Positions 19,627 to 28,322 of a DNA stretch of 64,000 nucleotides are shown in pieces. This DNA is from an uncultured Gammaproteobacteria bacterium (GTDB lineage: Bacteria; Patescibacteriota; Patescibacteriia; Magasanikbacterales; GCA-002688135), in contig CAZHVT010000005.1 of the NCBI GenBank assembly GCA_964536205.1, forward strand, positions 24,076 to 88,075. Direction: 5' to 3'. The translations under genes were made by a program, and so were the position numbers. The notes under the pieces are model-generated. The model worked only from the letters and a program-made list of their open reading frames with translations, was not told the origin of the DNA and searched no databases. Each line of letters begins with the position of its first letter. The first letter of the stretch is position 1.

Positions 19627-19628
19627 TT

Positions 19629-21026
19629 ATGATTTTCAATTCCTACATCTTCCTCTTCATCTTCTTCCCCATTGCATGGCTTGGTTTTTGGATGCTGCGT
19701 GGAAAACAACCTCGCTACATTTGGCTGACTCTTGCGAGTTACATTTTCTATGGATACTGGGATTGGCGGTTTACTGGCTTGCTTCTTGTTTCGACAATTA
19801 TAGATTTCTATGTCGCACGGCAGATTCCGAAACACGAAGGGAAGAAAAAGAAGCTTGTTTTGTTGATTTCGTTGGCTGCGAATCTGGGGATGCTCGGATT
19901 CTTTAAATACTTTAATTTTTCTGTTGATTCGTTGCAATCGTTGTTTACGTTATTTCAACTCTCCCCTACGCTTCCGAATCTCGATATTGTGCTGCCGGTT
20001 GGAATTTCGTTTTTCACCTTCCAGACGATGAGTTACACGATTGATGTGTATCGCGGACGCTTGCAACCGACGAAGAATTTTATGGAGTTTGCGTGTTATG
20101 TTTCATTGTTCCCGCAACTTGTTGCTGGGCCGATTGTGCGATTTTCTGATATTGATAGTGATTTGGATAACATTGATCAGCATGGTCGTACGAAATCGTT
20201 TCATCGCGGTGGTTCGATGTTTCTTGTTGGTTTGGCTAAGAAGGTTGTTATTGCCGATACGATTGCACATTTTATTGACCCATTATTTGCCAACACAATT
20301 GAGCTCACAAGTTTGACTGCGTGGGTTGCGATTATTGGATACACACTGCAATTGTATTTTGATTTTTCTGGATATTCGGATATGGCGCTCGGATTGGGAT
20401 TATTGTTTGGTTTGAAATTCCCACAGAATTTTCATTCACCATATAAGGCTGTTGATATCCAGGACTTTTGGCGGCGATGGCATATGTCACTTTCTGCTTG
20501 GTTGAAGGATTATTTATACATTCCTTTGGGAGGTTCACGGAAAGGGACTGTTCGTACGTTTGTGAATATGATGTTGACGATGTTGTTGGGTGGTTTATGG
20601 CATGGTGCTTCATGGAATTTTGTTGTGTGGGGTGGAATTCATGGGACGCTTTTAGGTGTGACGAAACTCATCAAACCATGGTATGACAAACTAAATTATT
20701 GGTTCCGTCGATTTCTCACATTATTCCTTGTGATGATTTCATGGGTGTTTTTCCGCAATATCACATTTGCAGATTCCACGAACATGCTCCGCGCGATGTT
20801 CTCATTTGATAATTGGACAATGCCAACTGCATGGAATCTTGAATCTCAAATTCTATTATTCGGCATGCTTTTTGTTGGAGCACTCATTGCACTCTTCGCT
20901 CCAAACTCATACGAAATAAAATACTCAACTAAAAAAAGCGTCGCAATCCTGCTCGCTTTCTTGTTTGTCGTGAGTTTAATTCTCATGAACTACACACAAC
21001 AAGTCTTCCTCTACTACCAATTTTAA
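19629..21026 (+). CDS. MBOAT O-acyltransferase (AlgI/DltB family)
   Basis: LPVGISFFTFQ, FPQLVAGPI, DFSGYSDMA, DFWRRWHMSLS, GLWHGA, terminal FLYYQF. Confidence 0.92.
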   Translation: MIFNSYIFLFIFFPIAWLGFWMLRGKQPRYIWLTLASYIFYGYWDWRFTGLLLVSTIIDFYVARQIPKHEGKKKKLVLLISLAANLGMLGFFKYFNFSVDSLQSLFTLFQLSPTLPNLDIVLPVGISFFTFQTMSYTIDVYRGRLQPTKNFMEFACYVSLFPQLVAGPIVRFSDIDSDLDNIDQHGRTKSFHRGGSMFLVGLAKKVVIADTIAHFIDPLFANTIELTSLTAWVAIIGYTLQLYFDFSGYSDMALGLGLLFGLKFPQNFHSPYKAVDIQDFWRRWHMSLSAWLKDYLYIPLGGSRKGTVRTFVNMMLTMLLGGLWHGASWNFVVWGGIHGTLLGVTKLIKPWYDKLNYWFRRFLTLFLVMISWVFFRNITFADSTNMLRAMFSFDNWTMPTAWNLESQILLFGMLFVGALIALFAPNSYEIKYSTKKSVAILLAFLFVVSLILMNYTQQVFLYYQF

Positions 21027-21712
21027 AATCGTCCTTTGAGTTTTGCTAGGTCTCTAAGGATTCCATACGCATGAGACGATTGCACGCGGGAATCGGGATC
21101 GTCTTGCCATGTGATGGGTACTTCTTTTATTGAGTAGTTATTTTTTTGTGCGAATTTTAAGAGCTCGACATCGAAGATCCAGCCATCTGTTTGGAGGGCT
21201 TGGAAAATGTGTTTTGTTTTTTTGTGGAATGCTTTGAATCCGCATTGTGTATCTTGGAATGGTAGATTGAGGAATTTCTGGATTACTTTGTTAAATAAAC
21301 GTCCTTGTAGTTCTCGGCGTTTTGGTTGGCGTTTGGTGAGGTTTGATTCTGGAAGTGCGCGTGAGCCGATTAAAACATCATGAGATTCTGCGTGTGGCTT
21401 GAGTGTTTCGATGTCGCGTGGATGCGTTGATAAATCTGCATCGATAAAAACAACCCACTCACCGTTTGCAGCTTCTACACCTGTTTTTACGGCCGCTCCT
21501 TTTCCTTTGTTTGTTGTGTGTTGAATGAGTTGTACGCGATTGTCTGGATATGCTCGCGCGTATGTTGCTGTTCCATCTGCACTTCCATCGTCCACTACAA
21601 TTACTTCGCACGTGTCGAGATTTTCATTTGCGTATTTTAAAATTTCTTCAATCGCATGTCGGATTGATTTTTCTTCGTTGTATGCGGGGATGATGAATGA
21701 AATGTTTTTGAT
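21023..21712 (-). CDS. GT2, dolichyl/polyprenyl-phosphate glucosyltransferase-like; no canonical start, probable ATC start
   Basis: Frame stays open upstream of 21595: (I)KNISFIIPAYNEEK...VVDDGS, GKGAAV, DADLS, DTQCGFK, FDVELL. Confidence 0.75.
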   Translation of the reverse strand: MKNISFIIPAYNEEKSIRHAIEEILKYANENLDTCEVIVVDDGSADGTATYARAYPDNRVQLIQHTTNKGKGAAVKTGVEAANGEWVVFIDADLSTHPRDIETLKPHAESHDVLIGSRALPESNLTKRQPKRRELQGRLFNKVIQKFLNLPFQDTQCGFKAFHKKTKHIFQALQTDGWIFDVELLKFAQKNNYSIKEVPITWQDDPDSRVQSSHAYGILRDLAKLKGRF

Positions 21713-21713
21713 A

Positions 21714-21741
21714 AGCGTTTAGCGTTTAGCGTTTAGCGTAG
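21714..21741. repeat. (AGCGTTT)3+ heptamer array overlapping the upstream stop codon
   Basis: Same unit as E1/E2; supplies the TAA at 21719-21721. Confidence 0.9.
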
Positions 21742-23851
21742 AGTAGCGAGCTAAAAAGATTGCAGCGAAAATGAATAATATTGGCTGGATGGGGTAGCGG
21801 AATCGTGCATAACTTCCCAATCCTGATGCAGCGGCAAAATATATCACAATCACAGCCAAAAGCAGTATTAATTTTCGTGTGTGTTTTTCTCGAAGCGCCA
21901 TGAGTAATCCGAATATCATTGCGAGAGTCAATAATGCATAGAGTGCTTTGGCGATGAGAAATACTACTCCTCCAGATTGTATGTAGTTTGAAATAAATGC
22001 TTTAAATGCCCCTGGCTCTCCCAACCATGTTTTGTCGAATGCTCCGATTTCAAAATGTGGTTCAATTGATTTGGCGATCGTGAACCATCCATCTGAAGCG
22101 AAGAATGGAATAAGTGTTGTTGCGCCGATTCCGATATATGCGAGTGGATCTTTTGCGAGTGATTTGATGGCAACACCCATCATTGCATTTGCCGCTTCTC
22201 CTCCTGAAACATTTTGTAACTCTTCATATACTTCTACCGGAGGTTTTTGGAATTTCTTTTGTGTGTATGCTTCGACGTATTTTCCGACACTTCCGCGAAC
22301 AGCAAATGATGAGCCGTATGTGAAGTCTCCGAGTGTCACGTGATTTCTATAAAACCATGGTGAAAGTAGGATGAGTGGCATCATGACAGCGATTGCCATT
22401 TTGGTGAATCGTTGTTTTTTTATGCTCAATAACCCGATGAGTGGAAGTAGGAAAATTAATGGGTATGAGATTTGTCTTAGGTACGTTGCGATGGCAAGTA
22501 AGATTGCATATCCAATGAGTACGCTCAATCTTTTGGATTCCAGATAATCGACAAAACAATATATTGCGCCAAACAAGAAAACTGTAAACAGAGATTCACC
22601 AATAAGTTGTGTTGGCCAATACCACATGTTTGGCTCAAGTGCTGCGAGGCCTGCAGCGATGAATGCGATGTTTTCATTGAAGTATCTTTTTGTGAAAAAG
22701 TAGATCATTAAGATGAGTGCAAGTGATGCAATGATTTGGATGATGACTCCTGGCCAATATACGCCGTGCGCTCCGCCGGTGAGCATGAGAAATACTGGCA
22801 TGCCGGGGGTTCTGAAATCATTCGCAAGAAATGGTGCTTCTTTTGATAGTGAAAATTCTCCGTGGTTTTTAAGGTTTTCCGCGATTGTTACAAATTCCAC
22901 TGCATCGCCATTTGGACCGTACACGAAACTTGATTGTCCTTGTGTGAAAAGAAGAGCTGCGAATAAAACGATGCGGATGATGATGGCGGCCATCATGATT
23001 GTGCGCAACATTTTTGGAAGTCGTTTCCATGAAGCGATTATGAGAGCTTTAAATTTTGCTGGATGCCATGCATGCACAAGATTGTACCAGAAGAATCTCA
23101 TATGATAACGAAATGGGAGTACATTTTCACTGCGATATTTTACCGGAAGCCACAATGCAAGAGCGAACACTTTTAGTGCTCGAAGTGTATTCTTCCATAA
23201 TCCTCTTAAAAAGTCGCTCCATTTTGTTTTGTGAGCGTTGTCGATGAACTTTTCTCTTGCTAGCTTCAAGTAATGCGTATCTTTCTTTTTGCATGATGCC
23301 AAATCTGGCCAATATGAAAATAACTTTCCTTTCAATTCTTGTTTTTCAATTCCTTCTGGATAGACGAGTGATTCATGTACGCGTGATCCTGGTTTCCAGT
23401 GGATGCCAGCTTTTCGATTTATGAGACGATCCGTGAATTCTGGATAGAAATATGCGCGATCTATTTTCTTCCCTTCTACGATTGCGATACGTTTGAATTT
23501 TCCGACAATATTTTTGTCGTTCTTCTCTACTACTTGAGATATTTCTTCCTGCAATGTTTCGTCGAGATATTCATCTGAATCTATATAAAATACCCAATCA
23601 TGCTTTGCGAGGTTAAATGACTTCACGCGCATCTGTGTAAAATTTTGAATTGCAGCGTTTGCGTGTGGTCCTTCCACTTGAGGATAGACGCGTGCTCCAA
23701 ACTCCTTTGCGATTTCGACTGTTTTGTCCGTTGAGTTTCCATCAAGCACTACAATGTCGTCACAAAAAGAGACAGAGGCAAGGCACTGTCTGATCGTATC
23801 TTCATTATTGAGTGTGAGAATCGTGACGGAGCACGGAATTTTATTATTCAT
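21719..23851 (-). CDS. Fusion: GT2 (beta-1,4-glucosyltransferase/WaaE-like) + ArnT/PMT-like GT-C domain
   Basis: ILTLNNE, DGNSTDKT, WVFYIDSDE, VHE; then RTPGMP, PWFYRNH, ARFRYP (paralog of 898..2244). Confidence 0.8.
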   Translation of the reverse strand: MNNKIPCSVTILTLNNEDTIRQCLASVSFCDDIVVLDGNSTDKTVEIAKEFGARVYPQVEGPHANAAIQNFTQMRVKSFNLAKHDWVFYIDSDEYLDETLQEEISQVVEKNDKNIVGKFKRIAIVEGKKIDRAYFYPEFTDRLINRKAGIHWKPGSRVHESLVYPEGIEKQELKGKLFSYWPDLASCKKKDTHYLKLAREKFIDNAHKTKWSDFLRGLWKNTLRALKVFALALWLPVKYRSENVLPFRYHMRFFWYNLVHAWHPAKFKALIIASWKRLPKMLRTIMMAAIIIRIVLFAALLFTQGQSSFVYGPNGDAVEFVTIAENLKNHGEFSLSKEAPFLANDFRTPGMPVFLMLTGGAHGVYWPGVIIQIIASLALILMIYFFTKRYFNENIAFIAAGLAALEPNMWYWPTQLIGESLFTVFLFGAIYCFVDYLESKRLSVLIGYAILLAIATYLRQISYPLIFLLPLIGLLSIKKQRFTKMAIAVMMPLILLSPWFYRNHVTLGDFTYGSSFAVRGSVGKYVEAYTQKKFQKPPVEVYEELQNVSGGEAANAMMGVAIKSLAKDPLAYIGIGATTLIPFFASDGWFTIAKSIEPHFEIGAFDKTWLGEPGAFKAFISNYIQSGGVVFLIAKALYALLTLAMIFGLLMALREKHTRKLILLLAVIVIYFAAASGLGSYARFRYPIQPILFIFAAIFLARYSTLNAKR

Positions 23852-23856
23852 AATTC

Positions 23857-23883
23857 TGGATCCCGTCTTGCGCCGGGATGACG
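23857..23883 (-). repeat. Single CGTC-tagged REP-like palindrome
   Basis: CGTCATCCCGGCGCAAGACGGGATCCA; same family as 19485-19553. Confidence 0.8.
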
Positions 23884-23890
23884 CTTCGCA

Positions 23891-25357
23891 TCATTTACGA
23901 TCTACCACGTTGAAGTAGAAAATTGAGAAAATCGCTTTAACGCCGTCCCACCAACCGATTTTTTTACCTTCTTCATATGTTCGGCCTTGATATGAAATTC
24001 CGACTTCGTACATGCGAACGCGTCGGCGTGCGAGTCGTGCGGTAACTTCTGGCTCAAATCCGAATCTGTCAGATTTTAGATGTGGGAGAATTTCTTTGAT
24101 GATTGGAGTTTTGAAAACTTTGTAACATGTTTCCATGTCCGTGAGGTTGATGTTGGTAAACATGTTGGACATCCATGTGAGGAATTTGTTTCCGATTGAG
24201 TGCCAGTAATACAATACACGGTGCGCATCAGATCCTACAAAGCGCGAACCATATACGACGTCTGCGTTTCCATCTCGGATGGGATCAAGTAATCGATTGT
24301 ATTCGTCGGGATTGTATTCTAAGTCTGCATCTTGAATGATGCATACATCGCCGGTTGCTTTTGCAAATCCAGCTCGGAGTGCTGCACCTTTCCCTGCATT
24401 CTCTTTCTGATATACCACCGTGATTCCTTCGTTTTCTAATTCTGGCAAGATTTCACGTGTGCCATCTGATGAACAATCATCAACAATAATAATCTCCTTT
24501 TCCTCATGAATCGGAGAAGCTTTAACACGAGATACAATCTCACGAATCGTCTTTTTTTCGTTATAACACGGGATGATGATTGAAACTTTCATAAGTTGCC
24601 ATGGTAGCTGATTTTCTTGATTTGGGCAATATTGACTCAATGAGAGCAATGAAACTCCTATGGGTAGCGACGTGCGTGTGAGGAGATGTTGTTCCGATGA
24701 GAATAGTTTGTAGAGTGCGTTGTTTATGAATCCCTCGCCCGTCATATTCACCTCATCTTTTGTATCGAGCGATGGCATGATGCGTTTTGCGAGTTTTACT
24801 GTTGCGATTGGTGGGAATAGAAATGAATTGTAGTATGATATTTTTTTGATGTCGCCTAGTGGCTGCACAACATCACGCAACTCATCTTTCGCGTAACGAC
24901 GATGATGGTGTAACCGTTCATCTTGTTTTGTCCATAGCGATTGTAATGCTGGAACTGTTATCATTGCGAATCCGTTCGGTTTGAGCACACGTTTGATTTC
25001 TTGCACTGCTTTTTGATCGCTTGTGCAATGTTCCAAAACATCCAATGCACACACCACATCAAATGAGTTTGATGCAAACGGAATTGACTCCCCTTCTCCT
25101 AAAACTACTGTTGATCCTGATTTCTTTTTTGCGTATCCAACCGCACTAAAATTTGGATCTATCCCATACACTTTTGCCCCCTTTTCTTCTAGTCTTCGCA
25201 ACATATACCCTGTCCCACACCCAACGTCTAAAATCTTTTTATCGATGAGTGGACCGATATGTTTTTCCAATAATCGAATCACAATATCCGCCTTGGCGCG
25301 AAACCACCAGTGCTTCTCCTCCTGCTCATTCATGATGTCGTAACATTGTGTATCCAT
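23891..25357 (-). CDS. Fusion: SAM methyltransferase + GT2 (DPM-like)
   Basis: [16 protein letters not shown]; internal [12 protein letters not shown] at 24592, [27 protein letters not shown]. Confidence 0.85.
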   Translation of the reverse strand: MDTQCYDIMNEQEEKHWWFRAKADIVIRLLEKHIGPLIDKKILDVGCGTGYMLRRLEEKGAKVYGIDPNFSAVGYAKKKSGSTVVLGEGESIPFASNSFDVVCALDVLEHCTSDQKAVQEIKRVLKPNGFAMITVPALQSLWTKQDERLHHHRRYAKDELRDVVQPLGDIKKISYYNSFLFPPIATVKLAKRIMPSLDTKDEVNMTGEGFINNALYKLFSSEQHLLTRTSLPIGVSLLSLSQYCPNQENQLPWQLMKVSIIIPCYNEKKTIREIVSRVKASPIHEEKEIIIVDDCSSDGTREILPELENEGITVVYQKENAGKGAALRAGFAKATGDVCIIQDADLEYNPDEYNRLLDPIRDGNADVVYGSRFVGSDAHRVLYYWHSIGNKFLTWMSNMFTNINLTDMETCYKVFKTPIIKEILPHLKSDRFGFEPEVTARLARRRVRMYEVGISYQGRTYEEGKKIGWWDGVKAIFSIFYFNVVDRK

Positions 25358-25358
25358 A

Positions 25359-27206
25359 TTAGTTCAGAAATTTCTTTGCCCAGATTTGGAGCGTGACGAT
25401 TGACCAGATGGTGTTAAGTGCATAACCTTTGAAGTTGATGTGGTCGTCGGTGATTTTTTTGATTGCGTCCCAGTCGAACCAATCGGCTGTTTGTGGGCAG
25501 TATGATGGTGAGAGAATTTCATAAATGTAGGATTTAAGTGGATCTTCGCGGAGCCACTTTGCTGTTGGCGAGAAGAAGCCCCGCTTTTTTTGTTCGAGTA
25601 CAAATTCTGGAAGCATGGGCGCAAAGGCATCTTTGTAGATTTTCTTGCCTTCTGTTTTTGAGTGGAGTTTGTGATGTGATGGAATTGAGTATGCCAATTC
25701 TACTACCCGCGGATCGAGAAGTGGTACGCGCTGTTCGAGTCCGTGTGCCATCGTGAGCTTATCGGATCTTATAAGAGATTCATCTGCGAGCCATGTCTGT
25801 GTGTCTGCCCACATCATTTTGTTAATTGGATCTTCAAGTGAGTTATCAAAAAATTGTTTGTATGATCCTATTGAGAGTATTCCGTTGTTGAATCCCGGTT
25901 TTACAAATTTTCTCAGGATTTCTTCTTTTTGTGCCATCATAGTGAAGAACCGATCGAGTCCTGGTTCGGATTGGAGTTTTCTTGCAAGGTCTGGTTTTCG
26001 CAACATCTTTGCTATAAATTTTGAGTTTGTTTTGTTCTTTACGAATGGAGCGATTTTCTGGATTCGATCGAGCATTCTGTAATAGTAATATCTATCGTAT
26101 CCTCCGAACAATTCATCTCCGCCGTCTCCACCCAAAACCACAGCGACATCTTGCTTTGCTTTTTTTGCGAGTAAGTATGTTGCGACTTGAATGGGATTTG
26201 AGACCGGTTCGTCCATCGAGTAGATACAATCTTCTAGATTATCGCGCATGTCCTGATTTGATATTACGACTTCGTGATGATCAAATCCAAAATGCTTTGC
26301 TGTTTGAGCTGCGATTTTGAAATCTGCATTGAATTTTTCTGGATTTACTTTTGTGTCGAATCCGACAGAAAACGAATTTATTCTTCCAGATGCTTCCTGC
26401 GCCATGATAGCTGCGACAATAGAGGAATCTAATCCTCCGGAAAGGAAGATACCGACTGGTCGATCTGAAATGAGTTGTGATTTGACCGCTTCTCTCACAT
26501 GCCCTCGAATAAGTTCTTCTATTTCATGTTTCTTTTCCGGAATGTCTTTTGTTTTTAATGTGAAATATTTTTTGATTTGAAAACTTCCGTCTTTGTAGAT
26601 TCCGTATGATCCTGCTGGCATTTTTTTCACATGTTGCCACATAGTGCGAGGGCCGACGCAATAGAGGAATCTCAAATAGTTGTTGAGTGAAATTGGATCT
26701 ACATCTTTAGAAATATTGTGTTCAAATAATGCTTTTGCTTCTGATGAGAAGATGAGCCGTGCGCCGTCGTAGTGATAATAGAGTGGTTTGATTCCGAAAT
26801 GGTCGCGAACAAGGAATAACTCTTTTTTGTGATTATCCCAGATTGCGATCGCGAAGATTCCAATCAATTTTTCGAGCATTCCAACACCTTCATCTTGATA
26901 TAATTTGAGGATTACCTCGGTATCAGATTCTGAATTGAACTGAACACCTTTTGTGATCAATTCTTTTTTTAATTCTTTGAAGTTGTATAGTTCTCCGTTG
27001 TATGAAATTACAAATCGTCCATCTTCTGTTTTCATGGGCTGATGAGCTTTTTGTGAGAGATCAATAATTGAAAGTCTGTTGTGTCCCAGTGAAATTCCGT
27101 CATCACAAAAGACACCGGAATCATCCGGCCCCCTATGCTTAGTTATGTTGTTCATGGCTGTGATTGTGTCCTGATCTTGCCATGTGAATCCGTTGATGGC
27201 ACACAT
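25359..27206 (-). CDS. asnB: Asparagine synthase (glutamine-hydrolysing)-like amidotransferase, probably glycan-amidating
   Basis: [47 protein letters not shown]. Confidence 0.9.
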   Translation of the reverse strand: MCAINGFTWQDQDTITAMNNITKHRGPDDSGVFCDDGISLGHNRLSIIDLSQKAHQPMKTEDGRFVISYNGELYNFKELKKELITKGVQFNSESDTEVILKLYQDEGVGMLEKLIGIFAIAIWDNHKKELFLVRDHFGIKPLYYHYDGARLIFSSEAKALFEHNISKDVDPISLNNYLRFLYCVGPRTMWQHVKKMPAGSYGIYKDGSFQIKKYFTLKTKDIPEKKHEIEELIRGHVREAVKSQLISDRPVGIFLSGGLDSSIVAAIMAQEASGRINSFSVGFDTKVNPEKFNADFKIAAQTAKHFGFDHHEVVISNQDMRDNLEDCIYSMDEPVSNPIQVATYLLAKKAKQDVAVVLGGDGGDELFGGYDRYYYYRMLDRIQKIAPFVKNKTNSKFIAKMLRKPDLARKLQSEPGLDRFFTMMAQKEEILRKFVKPGFNNGILSIGSYKQFFDNSLEDPINKMMWADTQTWLADESLIRSDKLTMAHGLEQRVPLLDPRVVELAYSIPSHHKLHSKTEGKKIYKDAFAPMLPEFVLEQKKRGFFSPTAKWLREDPLKSYIYEILSPSYCPQTADWFDWDAIKKITDDHINFKGYALNTIWSIVTLQIWAKKFLN

Positions 27207-27207
27207 A

Positions 27208-28212
27208 TTATGTCCCCTCTTTTATGTAACTTCCCATTTGTTTTACGAGTGATGGAAGTGAGTGTTTTTGTTGTACGATTTCTCGCATATGTTCTGGCGA
27301 TTGTAGTTCTAGATTTAAAATGTATTGCGCGAGAGTTTCTGGTTCGAGATTTTCTGGCCAACTTGGTAAGCCGATTGCTTGTGCATTTTCTGATGATGTT
27401 ATGGTGTTGCATCCACCTGCCATTGCCTCGAGCATTGTTTTGTCGATTGTTCCTTCCGCGAAATTCAGCATTATTTTGTAGGAATTGAAAATGTCTTTAA
27501 GCTCCTCCATTTTTACTGCTGAATTAAAATGCACACGATCTTGGAGATGATGTTTTTGTATGATCTGTTGTAGATCTGCGAGATATTCCGGTTCTTTTAC
27601 ATTTCCGTAAATAGTGAGTGTGTATTTTTCTGGGAGGATTGCGAGCGCTTCGAGCGTTGCGTGAATACGTTTTGTTTGCGAGATTCTGTGAACACTTAAG
27701 AGGTTGTGTTTCGGTTTTCGTTCGTGATCTTGTTTTAATTCCATGTCCCAGAAATCCATATCGATTCCATGACCGATCACAACTTTTTTTGGATTGCCTT
27801 CAAACTCTTCCATTGATGTTGGGGTTGCTGTGAACATTCTTTTGCAGACATAGGGACTCATGCGAAGTGGTGCGTTCATTGCAGGGTGTGTGTACCACAA
27901 ATAAACTGGGATTCCTTTGAGCTGCCAATACCATGCGCCGGCCATGAGGAATTTTGGATTCATGTGCACGAAAACGCGATCGTATTTGAGCGTTGTGATG
28001 AGTTTCCAGAATTCTGCGACTGATTGAACTTTTGCTTTTCCTTTTTCTTTTCCACACGAGTGCACAGAAAAGTTTGCAGTGTGTGTTCCTTTTTCAAAAC
28101 AGATGACTGTTGTGTCGAAGCCCTGGCGGATGAATTCTTGTACCCAAAGAGATGTGAATGCAAAAACGTCGTCATCTTCGTTTATTTTGTGGGTTATGTA
28201 TAAGAGTTTCAT
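27208..28212 (-). CDS. GT4 glycosyltransferase
   Basis: GHGID, VHRISQTK, IDKTMLEAMAGG. Confidence 0.85.
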   Translation of the reverse strand: MKLLYITHKINEDDDVFAFTSLWVQEFIRQGFDTTVICFEKGTHTANFSVHSCGKEKGKAKVQSVAEFWKLITTLKYDRVFVHMNPKFLMAGAWYWQLKGIPVYLWYTHPAMNAPLRMSPYVCKRMFTATPTSMEEFEGNPKKVVIGHGIDMDFWDMELKQDHERKPKHNLLSVHRISQTKRIHATLEALAILPEKYTLTIYGNVKEPEYLADLQQIIQKHHLQDRVHFNSAVKMEELKDIFNSYKIMLNFAEGTIDKTMLEAMAGGCNTITSSENAQAIGLPSWPENLEPETLAQYILNLELQSPEHMREIVQQKHSLPSLVKQMGSYIKEGT

Positions 28213-28229
28213 ACGCAGATCATCAACGC

Positions 28230-28322
28230 TTATTGACAGCGACGATAACTATTATAGTAACGGAAAAATTGGAAATTTTTCCTGTCTTCGTTGATCTTAT
28301 GCGTGATATATAAGAGTTTCAT
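28230..28322 (-). pseudogene. 30-codon mini-ORF whose first 13 codons duplicate the downstream GT4 N-terminus
   Basis: MKLLYITHKINED-RKNFQFFRYYNSYRRCQ*; ATGA-coupled to the upstream gene stop. Confidence 0.8.

Noticed and set aside
19548-19628. N-terminal extension of the MBOAT (YQIPDTRYQIP)
   Set aside because: It is the translated REP/heptamer repeat; the family start is MIFNS at 19629.
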